Assembly (NCBI RefSeq): GCF_009914755.1
Contig: NC_060940.1
Strand: one strand, 5' to 3'
From: the human T2T-CHM13v2.0 reference genome, Homo sapiens
DNA length: 64,000 nucleotides
Every line of letters begins with the position of its first letter. The first letter of the stretch is position 1. Under the pieces are notes generated by a model. That model was given only the letters and a program-made list of their open reading frames with translations, was not told where the DNA came from and ran no database searches. The position numbers were made by a program, and so were the translations under genes. Of the stretch, positions 14,243-29,425 are shown piece after piece.

Positions 14243-16184
14243 GCAACTGAAAATCCCACGTGCCTTTTGCTGCATCATCAGCCAGTGCCCTCCATCCTTT
14301 TCAATTCGTGGTGGCAACTTAGATTGGATTTCCGAACTCAAACGCCATTTCTTTTTAATAAAGTGATTCTGGCTTTAATTAAGATGACTTGGCCACATTA
14401 GTAGAGTTAGCTCTCTACCTTTAAAATTGCTGTCATCCAATCGCTAGGTGCCTGAAGCCAGCAGCCTACTCCAAAAGCTGTTTTCCCCATCTCCCAATCA
14501 GGGCGCAGGCAGGCACCTGAGGGCTTCCAAAGGACTTCTTGCTGAAGCGTTGGCCAAGCCCTTCTGCAATATTTGTCATGGTCCTCAGTGGCAGAGAATT
14601 GCCAATTACCCACGTCATCTGCTCTTGGAATCCAGTCCAAACATCGTCTGCTGAAAGTTAGCTAAATTATACATTTTTTTCCCCTGCTGATTGTGGATAA
14701 GAGATCAGAGCATTTCTAAAATATATGGCTCTTTTCCAGGGCAGGAGTGAGAATCCTGACACTTAAGAAAAATAACAGGGGCTAACCATCACAATGTTCT
14801 TCCTAAGATACACAGGAGCAAATCTTTATGCTCCTCACAAACAAGGGTTATTGTCTTGGTTAGAGTGGAGAGTGGGAGGTGAAAATGGCTTCATGATGAA
14901 TTTTGATTCTACTTTATTCTCTGCCTGCTTGTGATTTCAACTCCCACCAGTGTTTTCTGGTAAGCTAATGCTGAATTATAGCATTCTTTTCTGTAGCAAG
15001 GTCTCTTGACAGCTAGAATGAAGGTTATAATAATGGGGGGTGCAGGAGGAGGTAATGGATCTTTAAAGAGTTTTTATGTTTGTGATAGATGAAGAAAGCA
15101 GGGCACGGGGTCAGCTCTGCAGGAAGCCCAGGGATAGGGCTGGGTAATAGAACTGACGATTTAAAAATCTGTTCTGCACATTAACAAAAGGTAATCATCA
15201 AAGTGCTTTTCTAATAGTCTCTCAGGAGCAAGACAGGATTTTGCCTGCTTTTCAGGGAACCAGCAAGGTGGCTTTGGTGGAACAACACTTCTGGGTTAGA
15301 ACATGGGCACAAGGGGAAGAGACAAGGACACCAATGATGGAACAGAACAAAAAAAAATCCCTGTCTTTTCATTTCTTATCTGGTTGATGTGGTTGAGAAA
15401 GGTGCTCTCTGGTGATGGGAAGCTAAGGAAAGCAGGAGTCGCTTTGCCAGGATTTGAGAGGCTCCAGTGTCTTCCCTCCCAGAAAGACGCCCTTCCCCAA
15501 CTACCTACTGGGATACACTTCCCACCATAATAGCCCTTTGGATTGAAGCCGTCATCTCTAGAAGAGTCTTGCTAAATGCATGCATTGGCCTAATGGTACC
15601 GTACCACATGATCACATCTACGTGGATTCACCCTGCAGGCTGTTTAAAGGTAGGGCCCTGTTTCTCTTTCCACTTTCAGCACCTCTCTTTGCTACCTCTC
15701 GTCTTGACTGCTCCACATCTTCCCACCAGCTTTTCAAACCTGAGTTTTGTCTTCCCAGTCCAGCTCCCCTATAAGCATCATATCCAATCAGATTCTTCTT
15801 CTGTTCAGAAACCTTTTGTGACTTCTCCACTGTTTACAGAAGAATGTCCACCTGTCTTAACCTGTGCCTCAGGGAAGCCTCACAGTGGTGCTCTGCCTCG
15901 CTCCCTGAGGTGGAGAGGGTCAGGCAGCCTCTGGTTCAGCTGCAGAGCAAGGGCGCTTTCGAGGAGACGCATCCTTGTGCGTGAGGAGATGGTGAGGCTA
16001 CAGACACCAGAGAGCTTCTTTCATTTTCCCATGTTACTGTCTTTAGATTTGTTGAAACATCAGTTTTCATGAACACATCCTAGTTTCTCTACGTATTTAC
16101 CTATTTCTGCCTAAATTCTTACATAGAGAGACAGGAAGATAATGCGCAAATACATCACACTGACTCTTTTTCTGTCACGGTTTG

Positions 16185-16290
16185 ATGTTTCTTTCTGTAA
16201 AATAGAGAAAACAATACTTAGCTCAGGGGCTCACTGTGAGGAAATGTACATGACAGTGACTCTGTCAGATCTGTGTCTGACACTGCGGCA
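16185..16290 (+). mobile_element. MIR fragment
   Basis: TTTCTTTCTGTAAAATAGAGAAAACAATACTTAGCTCAGGGG...TGTGAGGA. Confidence 0.55.
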
Positions 16291-16302
16291 TTATTCCTCT
16301 CC

Positions 16303-16316
16303 CTGCCCTCTGGCGG
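16303..16316 (-). promoter_or_regulatory. CTCF core motif
   Basis: Reverse complement CCGCCAGAGGGCAG matches CCRSYAGRKGGCRS at all 14 positions. Confidence 0.55.
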
Positions 16317-17846
16317 GTGCTTCTTCATCTCTGTGTGCTCAGCAGCAACCAGAAGGGCGCCTTATATATTGGAAGCTCTCATTTCTCTGCTTGAGGCCAA
16401 ACTGTGGTAAAATTTCAGCCCAGTGGTCTTCCTCGATGATCTGCCTGCCTTGCGTCCTCCAGTATCTCCTGCCCACGTGCCACCCAACTCCTGGCTTTTC
16501 CTCTTCGTTGTTGTTGTTTTCGTGGTTTATAGCCTCTTAGGCCTGGGAAGGATTTTGAAAGATTCTTGTGAGCTGTCACAATGGTAAGAAAATCAATCCT
16601 GTTTTTCATTTCCCATCCATTCAGTCACACTCCTGGGTTTAACTTCCTAACGATGAAGAGTTTTGTTCTTCTCAATCTCTGTAGATTCTAGTCCTAGTTC
16701 TATTTCTGACCTTCGCTGCGAAACCTTACAGAAATTGGTTAACTCTCCCAAGCCATGGTGGTCTCACTCATAAAGGGATGGAGAAAGAGGGTGAGACCAT
16801 AACCAACCCCCACTTTGCAAGCCTGGGTTTATTTATTCTTCTGTCTGTGCCTCGGTGGAGATGAACAGCACTCTGACAACATTCTTCCTGTAAAATGTCT
16901 CTACTCTGCAACATTTTGTAGAGGTGGAATTGGCAGCAGCCCCACTACCGGGTGATGAAATACATCGCTGAGTTGCAAGCATAATTACGACAGAGGTCCC
17001 TGGCCCACTGTTTGGGGAATGGGCTGCAGCAAGCACAGGTCACCTCCGGGCTGTTTCTCTGCATTTCTTGTGAAAAGAATGCTGTATCTTGTCATCTTGC
17101 TTTCACACTCAGGCTCTTTGATGTCTTTCACCTATGTCAACATAGAACATAGAATGCGGAACAATGACAAGAAACACTGGGGAAGCATCACCTTGGGAGA
17201 AAGAGCATCCTCAGCCTCTTCTCCCTCCCCTCCCCGTGGTGCCTCTGGATGGGACTGGAGGCTTCCTTTGCTTCTGGTCCACCTAGGTCTTTCATGACGG
17301 CTCTCAGATCCAATCCAATCCCTTTCATCTCCATGCTGTGGGTGAACTGTGCTGCTTTGAAGTTTGGGCAGTGGGCTCATACATAATTCTTTTATCTTAT
17401 GTTTGGTTACTCTTCTAACTCTTTGAAAAGTTTTTCATGCCCCTTCTGGTTTGGGAAACTTTGAACAGATAGAGATGTCACTGTACTAACAAGATACTGA
17501 TTCCTTTCATGCACTTTGCTGTAGGATATTGTCTTTCCCCGAGGTCCCTCTACAAGAATGCAGAAAAGATGCATCTTTCCTGGCTTTGCAGTCTGGCTGG
17601 TTTCTGCCTCATTAACACAGAATGGTCTGCTTTCTAAATGGCCATAGCCAGCCAGTCTGCCATCCTTCACTGGTTTCTCAGGAGTGGGGGAGAGATGCTG
17701 CAGCAATTTAATTTCATCTCTGCTTCCCAATTGGATAAGGCAGATGGCTGGCCCTGGGAGCCAGTGGATTGAAATGGAGTCTCTTGCAGCACTCTGTGTT
17801 CAAGATTCATCTTGGTCAAGGGTGTAGTGCAAAGAATGTAGTCTTA

Positions 17847-18140
17847 GGCCAGACGCGGTGGCTCACGCCTGTAATCCTACCACTTTGGGAGGCTGAGGCG
17901 GGTGGATCACTTGAGGTCAGGAGTTTGAGACCAGCCTGGCCAACACAGCAAAACCCCGTCTCTACTAAAAATACCAAAAAAATTAGCCGGGCAATGGGGC
18001 ACATGCCCACAGGTAGTCTCAGGAGAGGCTGAGGCAAGAGAATCGCTTGAATCTGGCAGGTGTTGGTTGCAGTGAGCCTAGATTGCGCCACTGCACTCTA
18101 GCCTGGACAACAAGAGTGAAACTCCATCTCAAAAAAAAAA
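17847..18140 (+). mobile_element. AluS
   Basis: Dimer; TSD AAAGAATGTAGTCTTA / AAAGAACGCAGTCTTA. Confidence 0.95.
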
Positions 18141-18474
18141 GAACGCAGTCTTAACCAAAGTGAAAGCCATAGGTGATAAGGGCTCCCCACCTCCACTCGA
18201 CTCCACATCCCTCTGCCACCAGCTCTAGTCTTACCATAAGCAGAGCTCTTCTTCTGCTGAGAAACCAATAGACTGGATTTCCTCCAGGATCTCTCCTGCC
18301 TGGTTGAGTTTGGGTGGTAATTCCAACTTAATTAATGCTTCATCACCATCATGGCAAATGATCTCCAGTTGCTTCTTAGATCCATCTGTTGGAAGTTGTT
18401 TTACCTAAAGCTCTCAAGCTACTTCAGTAAGAGACTGAAAGGAGATGAAACCAAGGACAATTTTTCCATAAATA

Positions 18475-18900
18475 ATAATAGCCAGCATCAACTGAATATG
18501 CTCATCACGTCAGATACTGCACATGCATTCTTACTGCATCTCATCCTCATTGCAATCTTTTAAGATAGAGGGGAGTTTTTCCATCTTAGAGATGAAGAAG
18601 CTGAGGCTCAGGGGAGGTTTAATAGCTTTGTCAAGGCCATGGAGCTAGAAAGCAATAAACACAGAATTCAAACCCAAGTTGATCTGCTTCTGGAGTCCAT
18701 ACTCCCAACCATGTCTCACAGTCCTCTGAGAAGAAGTGGATGGAATCTGGCCTTGTTTTCTCAAATTGTCCAACAACATTGTCTTATTCTGCCACTTACC
18801 TCCTGTCTGTCTGTAAGCACATTATTTACTCACTCTGAATGTCAAGGTCCCCATGTAGGACGATTGAGATTAAATGAGATCATGGGTACTGAGTAATTTG
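18475..18900. mobile_element. Two MIR fragments (minus 18475-18710, plus 18790-18900)
   Basis: AGATGAAGAAGCTGAGGCTCAG...TCAAACCCAAG, then CTGCCACTTAC...GAGATTAAATGAGAT. Confidence 0.7.
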
Positions 18901-20027
18901 TGTTGTGTCAGAAAGTCTTGGTTACGTTTATCAAGAGAAGTCTATGCATGGACGCTTGGCTTTTATTTGTAAAGAGACATTTTGTTGCACTCATTCTGCA
19001 AAAGATCCCTTTTGTAGGTCACTTTATCAAATGTAAAGAATGACCTTGCTAGTAGATGATATAGTCAGTTAAGTGAACTGTTTCCTTGCAAAGATTTATG
19101 TGTTAGCAGTCAAGGTGAGGCCATCCAGCTTGGTCAGCCTAGAGGGAGAGAAATAACTGGAGAGGCCAGACGTAGCGTAGCACGAAGCTGGGTGAGCAGC
19201 TTTGTTTACCTCCTTCAGCTGAGCTGTGTTTCCTTCCTGTTGAAGGCCATGCAGGAGATTAAGACTCTTGTTTCATTTCTGCTTATTATACACCTAGGAA
19301 CAAATTGAAGACTTTGTGGTTAGAACCTATTCAAATCCTGGGGCTTCCTTCTTCATTTGGATTTTTCCTCCTGGCTTTCATGGGGCTTGTTTTAAAGAGG
19401 CTTGAGAAATCACACAGTGTAATTGGATGATTGGTGTACTTTAATTAAGGCAGCAAGATGCAACGTGTGCAGCACATTTCAGGTTGATTGTAGCACGGCT
19501 AGGCAGTGTCTGCTGGATAAAGCTAGAAGGAGAGGCTCGTTTTAATGACCCACAAGGTAAAATTGCCATCTATAGGTTGGTCTGCGCTGCTAGGACTATG
19601 GGGTCAAATTTGTATGGAAAAACTAGTGAGGTCCCCAAATGATCATCCCTTAATCTAACTGCATGTGGGTTGTGTCTTAATGAATAATGATGACCAGTTC
19701 CCTCACAGTGCAGGAAATGCTCATTGTGTGGAATTAAATCATCTCTTGATAAATTTTAAATCAGGCTGGTTTCCTTCCAGCTCTCACAGCTATCCTCTCT
19801 AATCATGCAGTTTGTGCCTAGTTGAATACTTAACTAATTTTACTACTAGACTCATCAGAGCACAATTTAGGAAGTAGGAAGAGAAATATCCTGAAAACCT
19901 GACATATTCCTAGCTCAGATGTAAATTACTTTGAGATCACTTGGCATTTTGGAAAATGTGCTACGATTGTATTGAAAACCAACTGTGTAAAGATAAAGTT
20001 TTTCTTAATTTTTAAAAATAAAGGCTC

Positions 20028-20330
<303 letters not shown>

Positions 20331-20696
20331 AAAGGCTCATAAAACTCCCAAGTTTTATGAGCCAACGATATAAGATATAAGCATGGCTGGAGTGGAAGCA
20401 AGTGCTATTTTGTCATAATGGTAGTTATGCATCCAGATGGTGCCCGATGGAAAAGCTTTCTAAGAATTGCTATTCACAAGGACGTATCAAAAGATGCTGT
20501 GTTGTGTGCTCCTGATTCACATGCCTGGGTTGCTCTCGTCTCACTGGTAACACCTGGGACCATTTCCTTCTCTAGGAGCTTACCTGTCCTAGGTGGTGTC
20601 TAGCTCAAGATAATGTGAAGAAATGACAATAGCGACCTACTACACAGCTGTCTCTCCTGAGACTCTCAGTAGATGGGACAAATACAGCATTATCAC

Positions 20697-20730
20697 CGCG
20701 CGCGCGCGCGCGCGTGTGTGTGTGTGTATG
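20697..20730. repeat. (CG)9(TG)6 alternating purine-pyrimidine tract
   Basis: Direct reading. Confidence 0.95.
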
Positions 20731-20819
20731 AACGAGTCAGCCAGCCAGGACATACTTCTAGAGGAGTAGTTAATAAACAGCATGCTCAATCTTGCCATTG
20801 ATTTCTTGATTTTTTTCCC

Positions 20820-21070
20820 ATGGCCTTCCATGACTTATCCAGCTCACAGCATAGTCTTGTGTCCTCTAACTCTGGTCACTCAGGTACCATTTACCATCTG
20901 AATTATACCTCTTGGAAGTATTGATCTACATGCCTCATTCTTGGATACGAGCATCATGTCTCCTTAACCAGATTGTGAGCTCCTTGAGAGCAGTCACTGC
21001 GTGGGAGATGGCTTCTTTATTCTTCATAATGCCCGGGACAGAGATCCATAAATACGCCATGTGCTTGGCT
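20820..21070 (+). mobile_element. L2 3' fragment
   Basis: CCAGATTGTGAGCTCCTTGAGAGCAG is an L2 3'-end signature. Confidence 0.6.
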
Positions 21071-22061
21071 TGCCAACCTCACTATTAAGAGAAAAATGCA
21101 ATTTCCTTCATTAGTCTTGTATTTACCTGGAAGTGAGTCTTCTATTTACCTCCTGAAAGTAGATCTGGCTTTTCAATACAAATATTGTTCATCTTTGGGC
21201 TATCCCATGATCTGGGGCAGCCACCAGCCTTCTTCAGAAACTATGAATGGCCTTAGAATAGGATTATGTGGTTGATTCTGTTCACTTCTTGGCAAATCAA
21301 GTCAGCTATGAAGGCAAGGAGAAGTTTGCAGAAATCCAGCCTTAATCCTGTGTCATAGGGAGCTACAAGCAGAATAATTCTCTTGTCTACAAAGCTGCCT
21401 ACTGCCCAAGGATTGAACACTACTTCTAATTTGTTAGAGGAGAGAGAAGACTGAGTCTGTGATGCATGTGGTATCTTATAAATGCTGACTTTTTTTTCTT
21501 TTGCCATTTGAGCTAAATTTTAAACTGATTTTCTAACAAGAATATTGAAAGCAGTTTCTTATGAAACAGTTCCGTTTTCTTAGGAAGCTTGCAGAAAGCC
21601 CTAGGACATGTGATGTTTTTATCTTTTTGGAAATCGTACTCAGTCATAAGAATTATCTAAGGAATCCATAAACGTGACGTTATTCAGAACATGAACATTG
21701 TTCATATTTAAATTTGGTCTTCAAATTACAATGCTCAATAATGTAGATGAAAATATAAAAGGAGCAGTAGTGGAGGTGGAATTAGGAAGTGGATAGGAAG
21801 TCATTGTCAGATGCTGGTGCCCAGGGACATCCTCTCAATATGCACCACCTCCAACCAGCTGGCCTCAATTTTGCTCAGCTCCTTGACTTAGCAAAGTAAC
21901 ACAGCAGTCCCTAAATGACTCAATGGAGGAACAAAATTGACAAAAGAAGCTTATTCTTTCCTTAGTGTTCCCAAGTTTTGCTTAACTATTTTCCAGTTAT
22001 TTCTTTGAACTCCATTTCTTTAGAACATTAATGTTTAAATTGAAATTCTCTAAGCTGGGTA

Positions 22062-22540
22062 TGTCCGTTAGCTATTGCTGTGTAACCAATGAAGTATTTA
22101 CTTAACTCACTATGCTGTAGGCCAGCTGGGTGATTCCTCTGGCCTTGACTGGGCTTGCTCATGCATTTTTGGTCAGCTGTGGGTTAGGCAGGTGACTGCT
22201 GATATTGGCAGGGCTTTCTCAGCTGCTGGGGTTTGGCTGGCTGTTGAGAGGTCTAGGAGGGCCTTGGGTCTTCTCCAAATCCAGCGAATCCAGCTTGCTC
22301 ACTTTGCAGTACTGGTGCTCCAGGAGAGAGAGCAGCAGCATGCAAGCCCTCTTAAAGCTTAGGCTCAGGACTGGGAGCACAGTTTCCACACATTCTATTG
22401 GCTACAGGAAGCCCAGATTCAAAGGATGGGGTGAAAGACTCTACCTCATGAGGGGAGGAGCCACAGATCACATTGCACAAGGCATTGATACAGGGGGGAT
22501 AAAAAACTGGGGGTTTGGTTTTTGTTTGCAGTTTATCACA
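22062..22540 (-). mobile_element. MLT1 (MaLR) solo LTR, MLT1H-like
   Basis: TTAGCTATTGCTGTGTAAC start; GCCCAGATTCAAAGGATGGGG; ...TTTGCAGTTTATCACA end. Confidence 0.8.
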
Positions 22541-23154
22541 CTGGAAGAATTTTATACAGACACTCAGATACAAACAAAAAGCTTGTTTTAGCTGCTGGAA
22601 TGTATTATAGAAGCAATGATCAGAGTGGTGAGACGAGGGGTCAGAATGTAAAAGAAGATGTTTTTCCTGCACTCTAATTTTAAGCATCCTTTCTCCCAGG
22701 GTTCAACCTTGGTTATTTTGCTGTTGTTATTCTCTCCCTTCTTATTTGGCCACATTTTCAAAGAACTGGGATTTTCAGAAGCCTAAGATCATTTAAGATA
22801 CAGGTTTAAATCCTGTGTGTTTGGAGTCTTTGTACTGTGCAGTTGAGTACTTTTGACTATAATAGTTATTTTTCTAAGATGTTCATACTCACTATTTCTT
22901 TGTGGCATTTGAGAAAGTCCTGTCTTCTAATTTAGGATCATCAAATTAAAAAAAATTGAAACGCTCTTCCCCACTCCTCTCCCAAAATTATCTTCTGGCA
23001 ATATTTGTGGAGCTACAATTTGCACCTCCTGTGAAAGTCTTGAGACTCCAGACCTGGAGCTGCCAATTCAGGAGCCAAGGCGGATGAGGTCTGAGTGAGC
23101 TGTTGGACAGTACCTAGGAGGCCGTAGGAAGTGGTGTTGGGTCCTGTGGTAGAC

Positions 23155-23520
23155 CAGCAGTTCTTTACATTTACATTTGCTACCTGTTAACATCACCCAG
23201 GGAGTTTTTTATTTTTTTATTTTTTTATGCCCAAGCTGCATTCCAGACTAATTAAAACAAAATCCTTGGGAGTGGAATTCAGGTATTACTATTTTTTTTT
23301 AAGTTCCTTGGGCAGTTTTAATATGCAGCCAAATTTAGGAACTAGTGAACTAAGCCAGGATTTCTCAATCTTTAATGTGCAGACAAATGACCTGGGGACC
23401 TTGTTAAAATACAGATTCTGACTCATCCTGTCTGGGGTAGGCCTGAGATTCTGCATTTTTGGTAAGTTCCTGAGTGCTGCTGATGCTGTGGGTCCTCAGA
23501 CCACAGTATGACTAACAGGA
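23155..23520. mobile_element. Adjacent MER5A and MER5B (hAT-Charlie MITEs)
   Basis: ATCACCCAGGGAG...AATATGCAGCCAAATTTAGGAACTAGTG, then TTGTTAAAATACAGATTCTGA...GGCCTGAGATTCTGCATTT...GACCACA. Confidence 0.8.
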
Positions 23521-24049
23521 TGTAAAGTAGAGAGCTCAAGCAGCCTGAAAACTTTTTTTGCAGGGGGCAGGGGACTGGTCTCCTGTATGAACATAATTTG
23601 TGCCGACAATTCAAAATTAAGAGATTTCTCATAAAAATGGTTATTTCTGGTTTCTCTTAAAAAAAAAAAATGAAAGTGCCTACAATCCCCAGCTCTGCCT
23701 TTCCACACAGACTTGTGCTAAAGAGTGACTGCCCCACAGGAGGGGGTGCAGGTGACTCACCAGGGCAGGCTCTGAAATGCCTTTCCCTGCATTTGTTTAT
23801 GAATAGGATGAATCTGTCTTTCATTTTTTCCATATAGACTGGCAAGTCGTCTTAGAACGCACAAGCGTACATGTGCGTCCACAGCAAAACCACGAAGTCA
23901 AAACACCAGATGATAAAGTGGAAAAGGCAAAAGGAAAAGGGAAAGAATAACAATTCTTTAAAAGTTACATGTGTTTATCAGTAAGGAAGGTTTTGGTTAT
24001 ATCAGAAACTTACTTGAGCTGTTTTAAGGGAAAAAATAAATGAGGGAGA

Positions 24050-24444
<395 letters not shown>

Positions 24445-26063
24445 TCAGCAAGGGGGACCCTTTCCTTGCTTTCATCTCACTCCTCTCTGGACATTCTCCT
24501 CCTCCTGTGTCTTTGCTTTCTCGTTCTCCAGTCCACACAGTAGAAAACACAGCCACCAGCAGTACCTGCGTTTACATACCAGGGGCCTTGCTATACATTC
24601 CCAATCCATATTCCTGAGGAAGAAATTATAATGGCTCAGCCTGGTAGAGGAGGAGGGACATCGCTGTTAACTGGGAGAACTGGAGGATGTCCAGCGAAGC
24701 TTCTGTTATGCTAAGGAAACTTATTGCAATTAAGCATAAACATTGAGCCATCCTATGTGGAGAGAATGAATGCGCTGAAATTCTAGAATGGCCCCAGCCC
24801 ATCCCAGAGGCAGGGGATAGACAACGAGGTGTCTCGACTCCTTTGCTCCTATGGCATCTTTGCCTTTTGAAGGAGAATCTGTCCAGTTGCAGAGTCAACT
24901 ATTTCTCAATAATGATAATAATAATAATAATCCTGAAGATGCAGCAAGACCAGCAGTGCTTCACTGATTTTTTTTCCTTTCCAAAAGGCATGCAGAGCAT
25001 GATAATCACCTGAAGGCAGCAGCTCCTGACAGCCGGCTACAGGCTGGCTTTCATGTTGTGGGTGGCATTAGGTAGATAACCCACAGGAATCGTCTCTGGA
25101 TCTGAGGTCAGGAGAACACAGCCAAGGCTACACAAGACAGAGAAGATTCTGCTGAATTTCAAAAGGTAGGAAACTGGGTTAAATGTGAAAATGGGAAGAG
25201 AGCAGAGGAAGATATTCATAAGCCAGGTTATTGAGAAAGAATGGTTTATAAGAGTGTGCACTTACTCCCCTATAATGAGGTCTGGGATTATCTGTAAAAA
25301 CATTTAGCTCTGATTGTTTTAAAAGAAAAGATAAAATGCTTAATATGTGGCACCCTGGAGTGTGCCTTTGTGTGTGTGTATTTTAAATGATCATCCTAAC
25401 GAAACACCTTTAATGTACAATGGATCGAATTATACAGCTTCCCATCAGAGAGTGCGAGGGAGAACAAAGCCTCAGATGTTGTACATTCAGACAATGAGGT
25501 GAGAGCAGATTTGAGGATAAGAGGAACTGAAGTGCCTCGTATAAGCCTGTATGAATGCTCCCATCTGGTCCTAGGACTCAACTATCTGACATTGGCAAAG
25601 ATGTTTCATAATACATAGGGCCAAATGCTAAGTCTACCTTATAATTAAAAATATCCCCTAGGGCTCTTCCTTGAGGTCTGAGAAAATGTGATTATACTAA
25701 AAATTATATCACATATGGGAGGAAATAGCAAAGTAACTCACCCCACTTGTCCTGGGGTGGAATCTTCAGTTAACCTTGTCAGAGATCCTAAATGTTATGT
25801 TTACTCTTTCTCTGGATCTATTAAAGCTATAGGTGCTGGCCATTCTCTCTGGAAAATGAAAAATGGCCCATTCTTCCAGATACTCTCAAGTTAAGTGTGA
25901 TTGTTACAAAGGCCTGGCGGATTCACATAGAGACAGACAAGGAAACTTCTGGGCTCCTTTCTCTCACCCCGCCCTTCCTCTCTTTTACTGTGGAATCAGT
26001 CTGTTGGAACAATGCTTTAAAATACATCTGAGTGGTATCAGAGCAAGAATTCATTTGTACTGA

Positions 26064-26643
<580 letters not shown>

Positions 26644-27442
26644 TGAGTCTCTCAAGGAAGAGAAAAACCTCCACCTTTCCCAGACTGGAAACAGATCTTC
26701 CCACCCTTCTGCAGAAATCAAGGGATAGAGAGACAGTTTGAATTGCGATCTCTCTTCATTAACGCCTTCTTCAGTTGTTCATAAACTTCAGGATTCCTTT
26801 GATTTCTGAAGTAGTGAAGGGTTTAAAAATGGATATAAAATGTTAAAAAAGGATCTAAAAATATTCTCTTTATGCAAACGTTGGTGTATATCACCCACAT
26901 GCTCCATCTGAAGAAAATAGTTAAGAAATCACTAACTGCCCCCCGCAACTCAAGTTGCAGGAAACCAGAAAAATGAGGCAAATAACAAAGCACTATGGAT
27001 GGATGTGGAGAGGTTGCTGTCATGAAACACGAGTGAGCAAAGGCAAAAATCCTTGAAATAGAAGGGATGTGGGGGATTCTAATAAGTATTCAGCAAATTT
27101 ATGAACTGGGAGGTGGGGACATAGGTGAAGCAAAAAAGTTCCCGAAGTCTTAAAGTGGTGGAGACTCCGAAGTAGTCTATGATGAGGACAGAAGGTGAGT
27201 AAGAGTACCAAAGATGCCACTTCACTGTGGCCACGCAGAAACCATGTGTGCCATGGGGCTGCTAAAATAGCCTTATTAAAATTAACATGGGATTTAGGGG
27301 AAAGAGCACTGAACAACATAAAAAGCTACTGATAAAAGCTATGATGTGTGAATAAGTCAAATCTGTGTGCAACAAAAACAATAGCAACTAAATATGTAAA
27401 GCAAGGGAGAATTGATACAAATGTAATTAAATGGACTTCTCA

Positions 27443-27863
<421 letters not shown>

Positions 27864-28713
27864 TTAACAATAGGATGGTACATTTATTGTGATTAATGAG
27901 CCAATGTTGATAGATTATTATTAAGTAAATATGTACTTTATTCGCATTTCCTTAATTTTTCTATTTCATGATCCCATCAGGATCCCACATTATAGTAAGT
28001 CATCAAGTGTCCTCAGTCTCCTCTTAGCTGTGACAGTTTCTCAGACTTTCCTTGTTTTTGATGACCGTGACAGTTGTTTATTTTTTGGTAACATCTTTAT
28101 TGAGATATAATTCACATGCCATACAATTCATCCATTTGAAGTGTACAGTTCAATGTTTTTTAGTATTCACAGAGTTGTGAAATAATCATCACAATCAATT
28201 TAAAAACATTTAAATCACCCTAGAAAGAAACCCTGTACCCTTTATCACCCTCCAGTCACCTCATCCCCTCAGCCTTAGGCGACAACTAATTTACTTTCCA
28301 TCTCTATAGAGTTGCCTAATCTGGATATTTTAAATACATAAGAATAATATGATACGTGGCCTTTTGTAACTGCATTTTTTCACTTAGCATAATGGTTTCA
28401 AGACGCATTCATAGTATAGCAGGTATCATACTTCAATCCTTTTTATGGCTGAATAACATTCTAATGTGTATATGTATATATACTATATTTTGTTTATCCA
28501 TTCATCAGTTGATAGACATTTGAGTGATTTTCACTTTTTGATTATTAGGAATAATTAGGCTAATTTCTTTCATCATGTTTTATAGTTTTCAGTGTGCAAA
28601 TCTTGCATTTCTTTTGTTTGATTTATTTCTAAGTATTTTATTCTTTTTCATGCTATTGTAAATGGAATTGCTTTTCTTAATTTCACTTTTGAATTTCTCA
28701 TTGGAAGAGTATA

Positions 28714-29064
28714 GGCCAGGCATGGTATTTCACGCCTGTAATCCCAACAGTTTGGGAGGCTGATGTGTGTGGATCACCTGAGGTCAGGAGTTCGAGACCA
28801 GCCTGGCCAACATGGCGAAACCCCATCTCTACTATAAAAAAAAAAAAAATTAGCCGGGTGTGGTAGTGCACACCTGTAATCTCAGCTGCTTGGGAGGCTG
28901 AGGCAGGGCAATCGCTTGAAGCCAGAAGGTGGTGGTTGCAGTGAGCTAAGATTGCACCACTGCACTCTGGCCTGGGCAATAGAGTGAGACTCTCTGTCAA
29001 AAAAAAAAAAAAAAAAAAAAGAAAGAAAGAAAAGAAAAGAAAATTAAAGAAAAAGAAAGAAAGA
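28714..29064 (+). mobile_element. AluS with a long A/GAAA tail
   Basis: Dimer; TSD AAGAGTA(T/G)A. Confidence 0.95.
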
Positions 29065-29425
29065 AAGAGTAGAGAAACACAATTATTTTTGCATTTTGAT
29101 CTTGTATCCTGCACCCCTGCTGAACTCGTTTATTAGTGCTAATAGTTTTTTGTGGATGCTTTAGAGTTTTCTCTAAGATCATATCATCCATGAATAGAAA
29201 TCATTTTACTTCTTCCTTTCCAGTCTTGATGTCCTTCGTTTCTTTGTCTTGACCAATCACCTGGTTTGAACCTCCACTATGATATTGAATAGAAGTGGTG
29301 AGAGTGGGCATCCATGTCTTATTTCTGATTTGGGGAAAGGACTCAGTCTTTTGCCTTTAAGTATTATGTAAGCCGTGGGTTTCCAGATGCCCTTCATCAG
29401 GTTAAATAAGAGCCCTTGTATTCCT

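Noticed and set aside
14517-14666. Possible minus-strand exon after CTAACTTTCAG, open in two frames
   Set aside because: Short pyrimidine tract, weak donors and unrecognised peptides
15467-16072. 201-aa plus-strand ORF, the longest non-L1 ORF
   Set aside because: It begins at a non-ATG codon, has Leu/Ser/Pro-rich composition typical of pyrimidine-rich non-coding or L2-like DNA, and shows no recognisable motif
25438-25504. Possible exon ending GAG|GTGAGA (and similar donors near 25165 and 27196)
   Set aside because: Acceptors lack pyrimidine tracts; isolated donor-like sequences are common by chance
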